Origin: Phoronis australis
Lineage: Eukaryota; Animalia; Phoronida
DNA: 64,000 nt
Reading direction: 5' to 3'
Assembly: GCA_002633005.1 (NCBI GenBank)
Contig: NMRA01000124.1
Span: 575,814 to 639,813 of the forward strand
Every line of letters starts with the position of its first letter. Position 1 is the stretch's first letter. The notes beneath the pieces are model-generated. The model was not told the DNA's origin, searched no databases, and saw only the letters and a list, made by a program, of their open reading frames with translations. Positions 51,714 to 64,000 of this stretch are shown here, in pieces. The translations under genes were made by a program, and so were the position numbers.

Positions 51714-51931
51714 AGCCTTGGTCACAACCCGCCGTAAGTGCAAGTGCGTGCTGTCTACGTGTAAAAACGTGGGGGAAATTTGGCGATCCGTACGTGGCAA
51801 GTACGGCCTCCGTGCGTTTTGGTGAATACGCAGGAGAACGCAGACACGACGTAGCACTTTTAGTGCATGCAGAACTTTCTCTGCGTGCAAGCTGCGTTCG
51901 CATTACAGATTCACGGCAGTACGTGTGACGT
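51714..51931 (+). mobile_element. Left end of a PIF/Harbinger-like element truncated by the gap
   Basis: TTA|agccttggtcacaacc; the other copy has an empty site (ctcTTAgttctcc at 52877-52889). A TWA target and AGCC..GTCACA end fit Harbinger. Confidence 0.65.
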
Positions 51932-53199
51932 NCTACACACCTCCACCAGAAAATTCAGGAATTCTAACTGGGAATCGAACCACAGGTCTCTAGATTGCCG
52001 GTTTAGTGCTCTTACCACTGAGCTACTGAGGATCCGATATCTGTGCAATGACTGTTAGCAGCCAACTGTTATGTTATACATCCCAAGAACGACGTTTCGC
52101 CTTTTTGCAAGAAATTTGAACAACCATATAATCAGCTATATCGTGACACAAAAGTGGAACTGTCGAGATCTGTTTCGCTGTACTTAATTAAACAATTTTG
52201 TTATCACTAATAGATGTTATTTGGAAATTCTGAGATTTGAAATCTGCAACCGTCATCGTATGGTAAGTTTTCTTGTCAAAAGGCACTGCTTGTCTCGCTT
52301 CACAAAGATGATTTAATTTGCGTCGATTACTGGAGAATAAGTTGATCATTGGTCTCTAGAGGCATTGGAATAGAATAAACCCCTCACTCATCGAAAAAGG
52401 TCTGGCGGACCAGGCCGAAACGTCTGCGTCTAAACTGAATCGTCTCTAAGTAAATGATTATCTTCTATTCCATTGCGTCGATTAGCACGAGCGCCACCTA
52501 ATTTTTTTCTGTAAATGGGGTTCTTGATTGGGTCGTACGTTAGTAATTTGCGTAATCAGTTAATGCCAGGAGTAAACAAAGAGATGACACGCTTGTGTGT
52601 ACCAATAATACATATATTGAACATGTTCAAGTCATTTGGCCATTTTACTCCGTCTTTAAGTGAAGTTCGCCTCTTGGTCACGTCTCTAATCTTTGATCAT
52701 TTGCATTCGACGGAGGGGACTGAATTGAATATTCTTCATGGCAAGCTTTTTAGTGTGCGCTAGTAAAAATAGCTGACAAGTGGTTTGTGGCCGAATTACG
52801 TAACTCGTAATACAGTTCAAGGTGCACTCCTAAGCAGGACGAATAGTTCTTAGACCGGAAGTAATGACGCCGACCCCTCTTAGTTCTCCTACTTTTGCAA
52901 GTTCAATTTCTGTTTTCGATTTTTCCTTCGGTAATAGCTTACTATAGTTACATTCCATCTTAACGCTCGCGATTTACGTTGGAAAGGCTTGAGTCTTAAC
53001 ACAGGCAAATTGCCAATTTATTACACTTGTTCCGTGTAATTAATTAAACAAACCGCCGCAGGTGTATTTCATTCACAAAGTTAGTAATATAAATAATTGC
53101 CGTCGTTATTAGGTAATTGCGTCCGTCAATACAAACTTGTTTCACGATCCAAGATTTTCTTTACGGGTAGTACTGAAGTCGCTTTCCCATTAGGGGAAG

Positions 53200-53595
53200 T
53201 TTGGTTTACCGAAGCTTCGTCGAAATTTCGCTTTCCTTTCCGACTAGACATCGATATCGAAGTTATCGCTGACACCAGAAGACACAGTTCATTCGTACTC
53301 TTAAACGAATATTGAGTTGTGGGTTCGAGGCTAACTGAAAATTGGTCTCCTTCCCTTTTATGAGTATTTCTGAAAATGATCAATGTCATTCTTCATCAGA
53401 TATGCTTTATTTTATTTATTTACGTCCATCTCTTGAGAGCACGTCGGCTACGCTACAGTAACAAAGAACACGTTTTGCGAGTTTCGCGTGATTGTATATC
53501 GTTGCTGCGATCTCTACCGATAACTTCGACGAAGCTTTCGCTTTGGTTGTTCCCATTACACCGAAGTTTCGGTGAGTACCGAAGACGGTTCGATA
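53200..53595 (+). repeat. Dispersed repeat family H (inverted copy at 59115-59532)
   Basis: accgaagcttcg.cgaaa.ttcgctt.cctttccgact...tcgaagttatcgct; ORFs 53376-53606(+) and 58938-59330(-) share LRCNNKEHVLRVWRDRISL-like text only because of this repeat. Confidence 0.85.
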
Positions 53596-54240
53596 ATTCA
53601 TTGTAAATATCCATGGTTTTGGCGTCCCTTCTTACTGTGCTAGGATATCAAACAAGTACCAAAATTATTCGCGCGTGCACACATACGCACATACACACAA
53701 AATAATGTTCAGCTTTCGCAGAAACTCATGGTTGAGAAAACAAGCTCGAAAAAAATTAGTTGTAGTTCTCAGTCGATCAGACATTTCGACATGTGCTCGC
53801 TAGTCGACGGGGGCAAACTGGTCACACGAGCTTTTGGGTAATGTTTTGGGAGCCTCAGTCAACGGACCCTCTCCCATTCAGTGTGAGGAAATGACTTATT
53901 TTCTGGAAATCTGACGCTGATGTACATGTAGGTCAAATCAATATCAGTGAATGCTCAGGCATCTGAAATTAAACAAAATTTCCGTTGCAATTAGCATTTG
54001 TGTTAGCAATAAGCTTTCGACGGACCGTCTCGCACCTCGAACAACTTGCGTCCTCAGAACATTAAAAATAATTCGCCTTTTTTCGGTCAGTCTATACGAT
54101 GGCATTTTACGTTGTACAAATTTGACGTTTCCTGTACGTTTGGCTACAAAAATTATTATATCAATGGTGGGCCCGTTGTTGCTGATGCCAATATATTGGT
54201 TTATATAGGGAAAATCTTTTGATGAACGACAGAGCTGAAA

Positions 54241-54801
54241 ATTTGCTCGTGTAACCATAGCTACAGGGAAATTTCGTGTCAAGATTCCGCATGTCTTGGC
54301 TGGCTGAGACAAACAGGTGGACGAAAGAGCTGATTGTGCTTTTTGCACTAGTGTTATACGTCAGTTTGTTGGCAGGGAACTAGATAGATAGTAGTTGTCT
54401 TACATGCAAAGTATGACTATTTAGAACTCACAAGAAATGTTGTTAAACGTGGAATATCCTAAAAATATGTTTTGCACTCACTCACCTATACATCGACACT
54501 GGGTGTACTTCCGCGCTTGGNATTTGCTCGTGTAACCATAGCTACAGGGAAATTTTGTGTCAAGATTCCACATGTCTTGGCTGGCTGAGACAAACAGGTG
54601 GACGAAAGAGCTGATTGTGCTTTTTGCACTAGTGTTATACGTCAGTTTGTTGGCAGGGAACTAGATAGATAGTAGTTGTCTTACATGCAAAGTATGACTA
54701 TTTAGAACTCACAAGAAATGTTGTTAAACGTGGAATATCCTAAAAATATGTTTTGCACTCACTCACCTATACATCGACACTGGGTGTACTTCCGCGCTTG
54801 G
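54241..54801 (+). repeat. 280-bp duplication (54241-54520, 54522-54801) split by N at 54521; probable assembly artefact
   Basis: Copies identical except for two substitutions that I could see. Confidence 0.92.
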
Positions 54802-56191
54802 ATATTATTCAACACTGAGAAACACAACGTAAGCCACACGTGTGGATCGTATTCAGGGTGTCTTTGTACCATTTATAATATTTTTATCAGGGGCGAACAG
54901 ATGCTATCAAGCGATGATACCAACTTTTGTTGCCGATTGAATGAACGGCTCGGTATTCACGAGGTAGTGCTCAGAAATAAAAGTCTTTCTTTTTTGTTGG
55001 ACTTGTTTGGGAAGAGTCTGCAATTCATCGGCATGAAAGCGTTCGTGTGACAGGTGGTTCATATGATTTGCCTGAATGCATGCATTCCTAAGGGAGGGTC
55101 TCTTGCTACAATTGCGACACCTAGTGAATTTCGAGTTCCCCATGCATGGAAACAGAAATGGTTTGAAGTAATGCCCAAAGGCGCCGTATTGTCACTAAGA
55201 AAAATGTCAAGATGCATTATCTACTGCACATACCTTGCACTATTTGTCCCGATAACATATAAGGAAGCCTTTCAAACTGTTGCGCGCTATGTAGCAATCT
55301 GCGCGATGTAGGAATATTCCTTCATTGCACAGCATTGCAAGAATTGCCCTCAGTGCGAATCCAAAATTTGCTTTTGTAAGTTTAAGAAACCATTGTTTGT
55401 TTATGAACAATAGCATTCGAAGCTGTATTGGTCCCCCAAACTACGGAAACTTGTTACGATTTTTTCACATGGTTGAGTTCCGCCATGTACTGTAGGCCTA
55501 TTGATGGTATATAGTCCACCGCAATGGTTTGTGAGTCGAGTCTATAAAAACGATTAGAACGGTCCGGTGGACCTTTCAGACGATCAAAATATACCACAGT
55601 GACCGAAAACATTCAAATTGGTAACATACCCTTTCGGGGCCTTTTTCACTTCGCGCACAGTGACCGTCCATCTGGATTTTCATTCGTTTAAAATGAAACA
55701 TTGTGACGACAAAACACAGTTCTGTTGCTTAAAATGAGAGAGTACAACCATGTTTCATTTTAGCGCACAGCATATATTTAAAAACTTCCATAATGATCCT
55801 TGTAATTCCTACAGTGTTGCGCTTTGTTGGAATTCCTTTATTGTCCTGCGCGATGCAGGAGTAATTGTACGTCGCGCAAATGCCTACTGAACAGATTAGA
55901 AGTAATAACGCACTCAGTTGCGGATTTTCATTTAAGTTATTTAAAGTAAATTAGGAAGTCCGATCAGGAGGCAGTTCAAGACAACATTTCGTACACAAAC
56001 CATTGACACCTGTTGCAGATGTTCTCAAAACGGACTGAACATGAGTTGCGAAACGCATTTAAACTGCTCAAGATGAAAGTTCTCGAACAAAATTATGTAG
56101 AAGAATTTGATTACATACCAAGGTGAAAAACGGTACTTTTGCGATCGGCACTGTCTTAAAATCTATCGTATATACTAGTATTGAAGAACTG

Positions 56192-56322
56192 GATAGAGTT
56201 CAGGAACGCTAGGGCCTACGCTAGGACCTCGCTAAAAAGCAAAACTTCGCGAGATTACTTCAAATGAGAACACGTGATTTTGGCTAGACTTTTCTAATCG
56301 CAAGACAGCTACTGTACTCTAC
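56192..56322 (-). mobile_element. MITE family E copy (reverse)
   Basis: tagagttcaggaacgctagg...ctaggacctcgctaaaaagcaaaacttcgcgaga...gagaacacgtgattttgg...tactgtactctac. Confidence 0.85.
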
Positions 56323-56929
56323 CGTGGAGTACAGTACATGCGGACACTATAGTCAAACAGCCTTTACCTTATTCACGCCAGTAGAGTGTAGGCTTCTCAC
56401 AAGAGGGCAGTTCAGGCGTCCTTGACGAGCTGTCATTGGTGAAATGTTTTAGACGGCAGATTAGACAGCCGAAATGCCTTTTGGTCGTCCGGCATGTGAA
56501 TTCTGTACTAATCTTCTTGAAACTGTGATCAACTATAATTGCCCTACCCTGCTGGCTACTCAAAATCTACTCTTATACGCTTATGTTTTTTTTTATTTTC
56601 GTGTGCCAATCATACCCAATATGCAATTTCATTAGTTCACGTTTGTTTAACTGGCAAAACTTACATGTTAAAAATAAGCAAATTATACGGTGTGTGCATT
56701 TTAGTGAACATGGGCGGCGCACCATAGGGGGACTGCAGGGCTATGACCCATGGTGAAACATCTGTACAGGTCTTGATCCTGACTAGTGGATTAGGATCAA
56801 AAATTTGTTGAAGAAATTTAAGTTACCTACATAACTTATTAGTTTGTCCATCAGAGGGAGCTATTTTATGTAAAATACACATGAAGGAACGAAATTTTTG
56901 AGGAATGCAATATTTTGTGTGAAACGTCT

Positions 56930-58460
56930 ATTCGCGGATAACAACATATTTGTAATGGGAGATATGAATGCTCATACAGGAATACTAAGTGATCAACTTG
57001 GTGATATCAAGATGATTTGTTAGTTGCTAGTAATGGATGCCACAATGTGGATAGCGTTGGTGGCAAAGTTTTGAACAACATGTATTATAAATATTTTTGT
57101 CATACGTAATGGCAGGAAAACCTCTGATATGATACATCACATGAACATACATGCCTATCGTGTACAGGCACTACTGAGTACATGCTGGCGGACATCAATT
57201 TGTTATTATTTGTCACCGACTGTTATTGCTGAGGAACACTTCCCTAAATATGTGAGTTTAATTTTGCAAACCGTGAGAAGCACCGGGAATCCAAAAATTA
57301 TAAAGACTATACCAGATATCCTTGAAATCGTGAAAAAGAGATTTAATAATTGTGTTTGAAGCGATAACTGAGGCTGTAGCTACTAACCTAAACCTGTTTA
57401 TTACAAGTGTTGAAAGCTTGTTTGGTGAATTCGGAAACGCGGCGCCATTAAAAAGGCGATCAATAACGAGGAAACGAGAACTGAAAATAATTAAATTGAA
57501 GAAAAACCTCCCACGGGAATATCATCGCACCCGCAATGACGAAACATGTAAGAGGATATCTTGAAACTAAAAAAGAAGTTAAAAAGTTGTGTAGACTGAG
57601 GAAGATACAACATAAGAACCAAGTGTATGAACCGGCCGTGAACCCACTTGCATCAAAAGATTCAAAAAGTTTCTGGTGGTTGATAAAATGTCAATCAAAT
57701 AAAGCAGATTTCAGCAGAAGTGTATGAGGCAGCGAGTGGGCAAACAGTTTTTCCTCATTCCTCAACTCTGAGATACCAGATCCTGCATTTGATTATGAGG
57801 TCGCGACTGTAGCAGAATTTAGAATTGTCAACTGTGGAAGGAAATTATGTCAGGCAGGATGTGTTTCCATTCAAGAGCGATATTTCAAAGGAGTGGTTGA
57901 ATCAAGCAATTGTATGCAATAGAATTGAATTCTAAAAATTTTAGAGGAACAGCATTAAAGGCCTACTCTGTAAACCTTTAACTGCGTACTTTCAAACTGT
58001 AAGTTTCCACTAAAGAGGTCAACTGACATAATATTGCCTTTTATTTAAAACTGGTAATGCAGCAGAGCTAAAAGACTTTTGAATGCTATTAGCGATTTTT
58101 AATTCAGTATTAAATGAAGATTAATATCTGTATGTAAAGAAATTACTAGTAGAAGAAGAACCTGGATTCAGAGAAAAGTAGGCCTATTCAGCGATAATTA
58201 ACATTTTTATTTTGAACAGCTTGGTTGAAAAATATTTATCAAAACTAAAATCAAACCATTTTATTGTGATTATATCGACTTCAACAAGGCATTTGATTCG
58301 ATGAATACAACAAGTGTTACGTATATTCATATCGAAAGGTTTATCTGGACCACTGTTGAGAATTGTACATAGTCTGTATTCAACAATAAATGTTACAATT
58401 AGAGACTGAATAGGAGACTTCATATTGGCGCTCTCTAGAGTAATGAGAGCACAAAAGTGA
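56930..58460 (+). mobile_element. Decayed non-LTR retrotransposon ORF2 (APE endonuclease + RT; L2/CR1 group), 3'-truncated
   Basis: NIFVMGDMNAHTG (GDMNAHTG at 56958-56981), NGRKTSD, SKDSKSFW, LFKTG, LLVEEEPGFR, NIFILNSLVEKYLSK, YCDYIDFNKAFDS (to 58300), in the expected order with many stops and frameshifts; no YADD seen. Confidence 0.88.
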
Positions 58461-59114
58461 ATTCCGATACATCTCGACTCAAATTTGTGGACAGAAATAT
58501 AATAAATACAAAGTGAAATTCCATTGCCATCCCTTCTCATTGTTTGATTAGTTTAAGTTCACTAATTAATTTGGCTTTTTGGGATCGAAATTCTCCCGCT
58601 TTATCAGTTACACTGAGTGGCTTTGTCACGGATATTTCTTCGTAGAGAGAAATGCATGGAGCACAATGTCCTTGTTCATCCATTGATATTTCAAAAGGTT
58701 TGCCTTTTTTCGTTGGACATTGGTACATCCGCCCTGCAGTGGAAATTTGCCGGCATTCTAATTGCGGGGAAGGTGTTAAACGTTTTTATACCAGCAGGTT
58801 GATACTTGCCGTCCGCAGTACATGGGATTCTTAGGTGGCGCTGAACGCTTGTCCACCAAAAACCTGAAAGATGTTAATTCCACGGTTGGTTGTGTGTAGT
58901 GTAGAGAATGAAAATAAATGGGAATTTTACAGGGGAGTTAAGTCTGAGTTGTCTTGTCCAAAGCATTTATGTAGCGAGCTGACGTAGCAGCAGATATTTT
59001 AGGTGGCGAATTTAATATGTTCAACTCATTAATTAGAAATTGAAAATTGCAAAAGAAATGGAATTCCCAAAGTGAAAGGATTTGTAAAATTTGTAATACC
59101 TGAAAGACTGAGTT

Positions 59115-59532
59115 AGAGAAACTTCGGTAGTCACCGAAACTTCGATGTAATAAATGAGAATGATCAAAGCGATATTTCGACAAAGTTATCGGTAGAGGTC
59201 GCGGCAACGATATACGATCACGCCAGACTCGCAAAACATGTTCTTTGTTATTGCAGCGTAGCCGACATGTTCTCAATACACACACGTAAGTAAATAAATA
59301 AAAGAAAGCATGTCTGAGGAAGAATGGCACTGATCATTTTCATGAACAGTCGTAAATGGCAGAACAATTTTCATTTAGCCTCGAATCCGCTACTCAATAT
59401 TCGTTTGAGAGTACAAATGTACTACGCCGTCTGGTGTCTACTCCGATGACTGAATAGCCTTCTAGCGATAACTTCGACATCGCTGTCAAGTCGGAAAGGT
59501 AAGCGAAGTTTCGGCGAAGCTTCGGTAAATCA
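59115..59532 (-). repeat. Dispersed repeat family H copy
   Basis: Reverse complement of 53200-53595. Confidence 0.85.
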
Positions 59533-59769
59533 AACGCGTTTTATGTTTTTAATATTTCTAAGATAAATATATTTTCAACTGCTGCTCAATCATGGCACGC
59601 AGTTCCATTTAATATAGCATTTATACGAAAATAAAAGTATCGTTGTACTGTAAACCAAAACAAAAGTGTTCTACTTGAGTGACGTTGTGGGAAGCGGGCA
59701 TGGTGATCACAACCCGCGTTTATCATTTGGATTATGGGTCAACTGTTTTTACGTTCAACTGGTTGAATA

Positions 59770-60010
59770 CACGGATTTCTCACGTGAACTGGAATGTGTT
59801 ATGAAACGACTGGTTAATAACACCGAGTGCGTAATTTTTTATATTCCATGGGCGAATCACAAAGTAGTGCAAAGAGAAATCCATACGCCATAACATTTTA
59901 TCGTCTGATACCAACAATCAAACGCGCGAATCAAACGCACGCCATCCAAACAATGCCGGAATTCAATGACGGTGACAAGGTTATGGGGGGTCACAACTGT
60001 ACGTACTCCC
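59770..60010 (+). repeat. Dispersed repeat family F copy
   Basis: Reverse complement of 33670-33920. Confidence 0.8.
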
Positions 60011-61359
60011 AAGTACTACTCGGAAAACGGAGATTGCCTAAGATTTCGAGTGCCTTTGGTTGCGTACGTTTTGGTACGTTGTAAAACATGAAAGACTATT
60101 CAGTTTGAGCAGTTCTTTAATTCCCGAGAAAAGTTTAACTTGACGAGAAAAGTAATGTTACAGCAATTAGCAGTAGCGTGAAACAGAACCTAACAGTCCT
60201 GCAGTAGCAGCCGGAAGTTCTGTCACTGAGCCAAATCCCACGCGTTAAATAACAGAGCGTTTTAAGCGCATTTAAATGGTAGGACACCGGCCTTCATTTC
60301 TGCGAATGTCTGGCAGAAAAAGACAAGAGTTTACGATTTACAATAAAATCACAAAAATAGACACAGATTTTGTAGTTTTATACCTTTGGTAAAACTTACA
60401 TCTTCAAGAAATATAACCGATCCAATAATTATCCCAAAATGCGTTTTTCGGTCCATAAGTCCGACAATGTCTCGTTCGCTTTGCGTATTACGGCAGTCGT
60501 CAAGATATGCATGGAACTCGAGGTCCGGTGCATAATTTGATTACACCGACGATAACTACGTTTTATGCGTGTTATCGAATTAGTGAAAAGCAATCATTTT
60601 GACATTTGAATATGTTCCAGCTCGCGACGTCGACTGTTTACAAGTCTCTACATTGGGAGCACGTAATGCCGTGCCAGAACATGTGTTTCGTTTGCGTTGA
60701 AACCGTGAAAATGTCAATATTGATTTTTGTCAGAAACCTGCCTTCCTCTTGAATAATCAAAACTTATTCAATAAACTTGTGGAGTTGATATTTAGTAATA
60801 CCTTCCAAGCGTTTACCAAGCAATTTATTAAAGAGAGCTTAATCTGATTTCAAGCAACGTCGGCTCGGCTATAAGAAAAATCGTGGGTAGTGGGTTTCGT
60901 AAATTTTCTGAAAGCTATTTTTAGTAATTGATTCTTTTCGTGCAATTTCGCCTTTTAGCAAATGCATTCCTCATGGCGGTTATATCCCGACTAAGACCTG
61001 GGTCAATCCACTAAACGTAAAATTGGCTATTATGACGTGACTCACTTTCAGATAACTTAAAAATTTCACGCGACGTGAATGGATAATTCTCTAGTCCAGT
61101 TTGATGATTGTAAATTTTTTCAAAGTTTTTCAGTTTGAGCTTACCTAAAGTTGTGACCGGGTTTGAATCTTGTGTAATGAGAGATGGGCGCCAATAAACG
61201 TTAAAATGACACGAAAGTGATGTCGTGCCTTAGAGTTCTGGCAAAAATATTGTCACTTTTCAAAGCATTCATTGCACAATTCGACTTTGTTTAAGACTTT
61301 CCTGGAAAGCTCCGTAGCTTTAATGAATGGTTGGTCTTGAGGGGTCGATTTTTGTTCAG

Positions 61360-61466
61360 TGATAGATATGCCCGGAGGTGATGCGACGGGTACAAATGCA
61401 CCCTCCCCCCTCTCCGGCCCCACCGACAGCTGGGGTTCACTCACGGAACCGTCTATGGACAGTTAA
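61360..61466 (+). CDS. Candidate terminal coding exon of an unidentified host gene
   Basis: Acceptor gatttttgttcAG|; frame xIDMPGGDATGTNAPSPLSGPTDSWGSLTEPSMDS*; GC-rich island; phase-compatible with 49708-49836. Confidence 0.35.
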
Positions 61467-63264
61467 GGTCCGCCTTGGCCTTCTTAATTATGACGTCACC
61501 GTAGCTGGCTAGGGGATCCATTCACAGCATTTCACAAGGGCGCAGGGTCTGAATCTCTTAACTTCAACTCAAGCGATCTCAAGGTATCTGTCTATCATGT
61601 TGTGCTCGAGTATATTATGATTTATGCAGATGATTTTCTAGTCTAAGATCAAACCTAATGAGCCTAAATGTACTTACTACTAGGGCTTTAAATTTCAGAC
61701 TCGATGCTGGGGTCATCAAGTGCGAACTTGCACTTGACATGCTCCCACGTAAACCATTATTTACATGTACTTGAGCACCCGGACCCAGGCTTTGTCTCAC
61801 AACAGCCCTTAGTAATTTACCAGCGATCTCTCGAATCAGAGCAACATCGAACAGCTTTCTCCACAAATTGTACAAGGCTTCTGAGCTCATAAGTCGTGTC
61901 GGCACTCCTGTCTAGCAGCGCAGCCCTCGTGTCCTTATTCGGCAACTAAATATTCGCTCTTAGTTTAATCGTTCTTGTACTTTAAAATGTCATAAACAAA
62001 TCGTGACATAACCCACTTTGTATTTTGTTAATTATTCTGAATCTACTTCAAAATGTTTTTATTAACGCAGTTGAATCGCATTTTGTTTTTCTTGCTTTCT
62101 ACAAAAACTGTCTCGAAGCTAGAACTTTGTCAGACTTCGTCATTACGAATACTAATTCTAAGTGTGACTTTCAATTTTATCAATCATTCGTTAGTAAGAA
62201 TGCAGACACTGCCTTGGCTGCGCTAATCCGCATCTCATTCACTGGTACAGTAAATATTGAACTTTGTGCTCGACCAATGGGAAATCCGCAAGTGTAGTGG
62301 CCACTTTGTCCGACATACATATAAATGTATGTAATTCTATAGATAAGGCATGATGTCCAAAAACAATACTACTTTAATAGTTGCTGTACTGAAAAGTGCG
62401 TTGGTTAGCGGTTTTAATTGCGTGAACGCAAGAAACTTGTGAAAATTTAAGACCACGCAAAATTACGCGAATGAAAGTTGATAGCTTTCGGAAGTATGCT
62501 CTGGACCTTACCACCGTGAACTTGCAAAATGGCGGTTATTGAAGTGATTGTTCCATGGTGATTTGAATGATGTATTATGAGATACTGTTTCCGCTCCACA
62601 AACGAAGATTTCTCGCCCCAAGTGCATGACGAGTTTCTTACGTTAAAGGAAAGCAGCCCTGGTTATCGGGTTTTTAAAGTAGATTTGGCTATTTAGGAAA
62701 GCTAGTTTTATACAGTTAGCTCGACCAATTTTGAGACTCAGAAAATTCAGTCGGTTAATTAAACAAACACTCTTCAAAAAAAATTGAGGTTTACGCTCAA
62801 AATCATTCAAAAAATAAAACATGAATGTCAAACTACTTCTTGTTCTGAAAGTCGAATGCTAATTCAGAAGCCATTTGAAGAGTGGGCGCATTCCAAATGG
62901 CAAAAAACAACGGAGTTTGCCGTTTCCTAGATCCGGTCAAAGCTAATAACTTTAAGAAGTGTGTACTAATAAAAAATAACCCCCCAAAATATGTTTTTGT
63001 GCCTCAAAACCGGTTGCGTTCCTTCGAATTACTAATTGACCTTTTTCAGAACGACCGCATTCGTTAACGTGAATGTATCAAATCACTATCCGTCTTCAAG
63101 AACAAAATTAATGAAAATCCACTGCTACGTTTGCGCTATAAAAAGTACCTTAAACTCGCCGTAAACCGAAAAAGGCAAGCTTTTGATTTAAACCACTTGC
63201 CGTGCCACTAAAAACCATTCATCTTTACTCAGATTAAAACTTATTTCTGGGTTTGGGAAAAACT

Positions 63265-63328
63265 GACAGTTTGTTTAGCTCGAGGCCACGCCCTGCGACT
63301 GTTTGTTTAGCTCGAAGCCACGCCCTGC
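63265..63328. repeat. 32-bp tandem duplication
   Basis: gac(a/t)gtttgtttagctcga(g/a)gccacgccctgc x2. Confidence 0.9.
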
Positions 63329-64000
63329 TCACAAAACAACACTAAGTCAATCCCCAATTCAAAGAAATCGCTTCTAATCTCAGTAAAGAACAAGTTCAGG
63401 CCAATTTTATAACGATAACTAGATAGACACCATGCGATGTTTCTAATATTATTTAGAAATTGAGCAAACGTTCAGAAATCTATGCTGTAAGTGAAATAAA
63501 AATTTTAAAAATCTTCAAAAGAAAGATTTTGACACCACACGTGACCAGCTTACAATGACACTTGAGAAGATGCAATATCATCAGTTTTCTGTCAAAATTC
63601 GCCATCAATTACATCAAGGTCGATCCATCAAGTCCTGCAGAAGTTTATAAAATTGACAGTTTCACGTGACGAAGACGGAGTTCCAAATTTCCCGAGTAAG
63701 TACAGGAAATAGGAATGTTGTTTTTTTATTAATTTTAGAACTATTGTATGATTTTGCACAAGGTTTTATTACTTAATAAATTCACCAACTAATCATACCG
63801 GGGTCCATTAAAAAGCATTTCTCCTTTGAGCATTGCTTGTTGCAGGCCTATATCTGTTGATAACTTCTAGTGGTCGACTCTTTGCAATATAGATTTTGAT
63901 GTCCTCTTTAAAACCTGCCTATTTCCGTCTTAAAGTAATAAATTCTAACATGTTCTATTTTGCAATGATCATTGGCGAAATTTTTTTGGTCACAGTCAAA

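Larger units (their letters stand above)
50761..52882 (+). repeat. Near-identical ~950-bp duplication (50761-51713 and 51933-52882) split by N at 51932; probable haplotype assembly artefact
   Basis: The copies differ by scattered SNPs and small indels; the second starts immediately after the N. Confidence 0.9.

Noticed and set aside
51957-52034. Functional tRNA gene
   Set aside because: Acceptor and anticodon stems do not pair properly; treated as a SINE head.
51346-52763. Two near-identical 82-aa ORFs as a duplicated gene
   Set aside because: They result from the gap-associated haplotype duplication; no coding signature.

Overview
AT-rich eukaryotic (metazoan, probably marine invertebrate; taxon is my inference) non-coding DNA dominated by transposon debris. 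The ORF track shows no long intact ORF, and I found no rRNA, no true tRNA and no CRISPR array. Best-supported content: (1) a 1487-bp Kolobok-type DNA transposon (24936-26422) with TTAA target duplications, ~155-bp TIRs and a decayed THAP-domain transposase 5' part; (2) a second, spliced and frameshifted THAP gene remnant on the minus strand (~860-1693); (3) a decayed APE+RT LINE (~56930-58460); (4) Penelope-like pseudo-LTR remnants with hammerhead-like cores; (5) tRNA-derived SINE heads, many MITE families, minisatellites and microsatellites; (6) two near-identical duplications split by single-N gaps that look like allelic haplotypes joined by the assembler, one showing a filled versus empty transposon insertion site. 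A few short plus-strand exon candidates (e.g. 49708-49836, 61360-61466) suggest the window may lie in long introns of an unidentified host gene. I could not support a genuinely new biological system. All translations and alignments were done by eye, so repeat boundaries are approximate.
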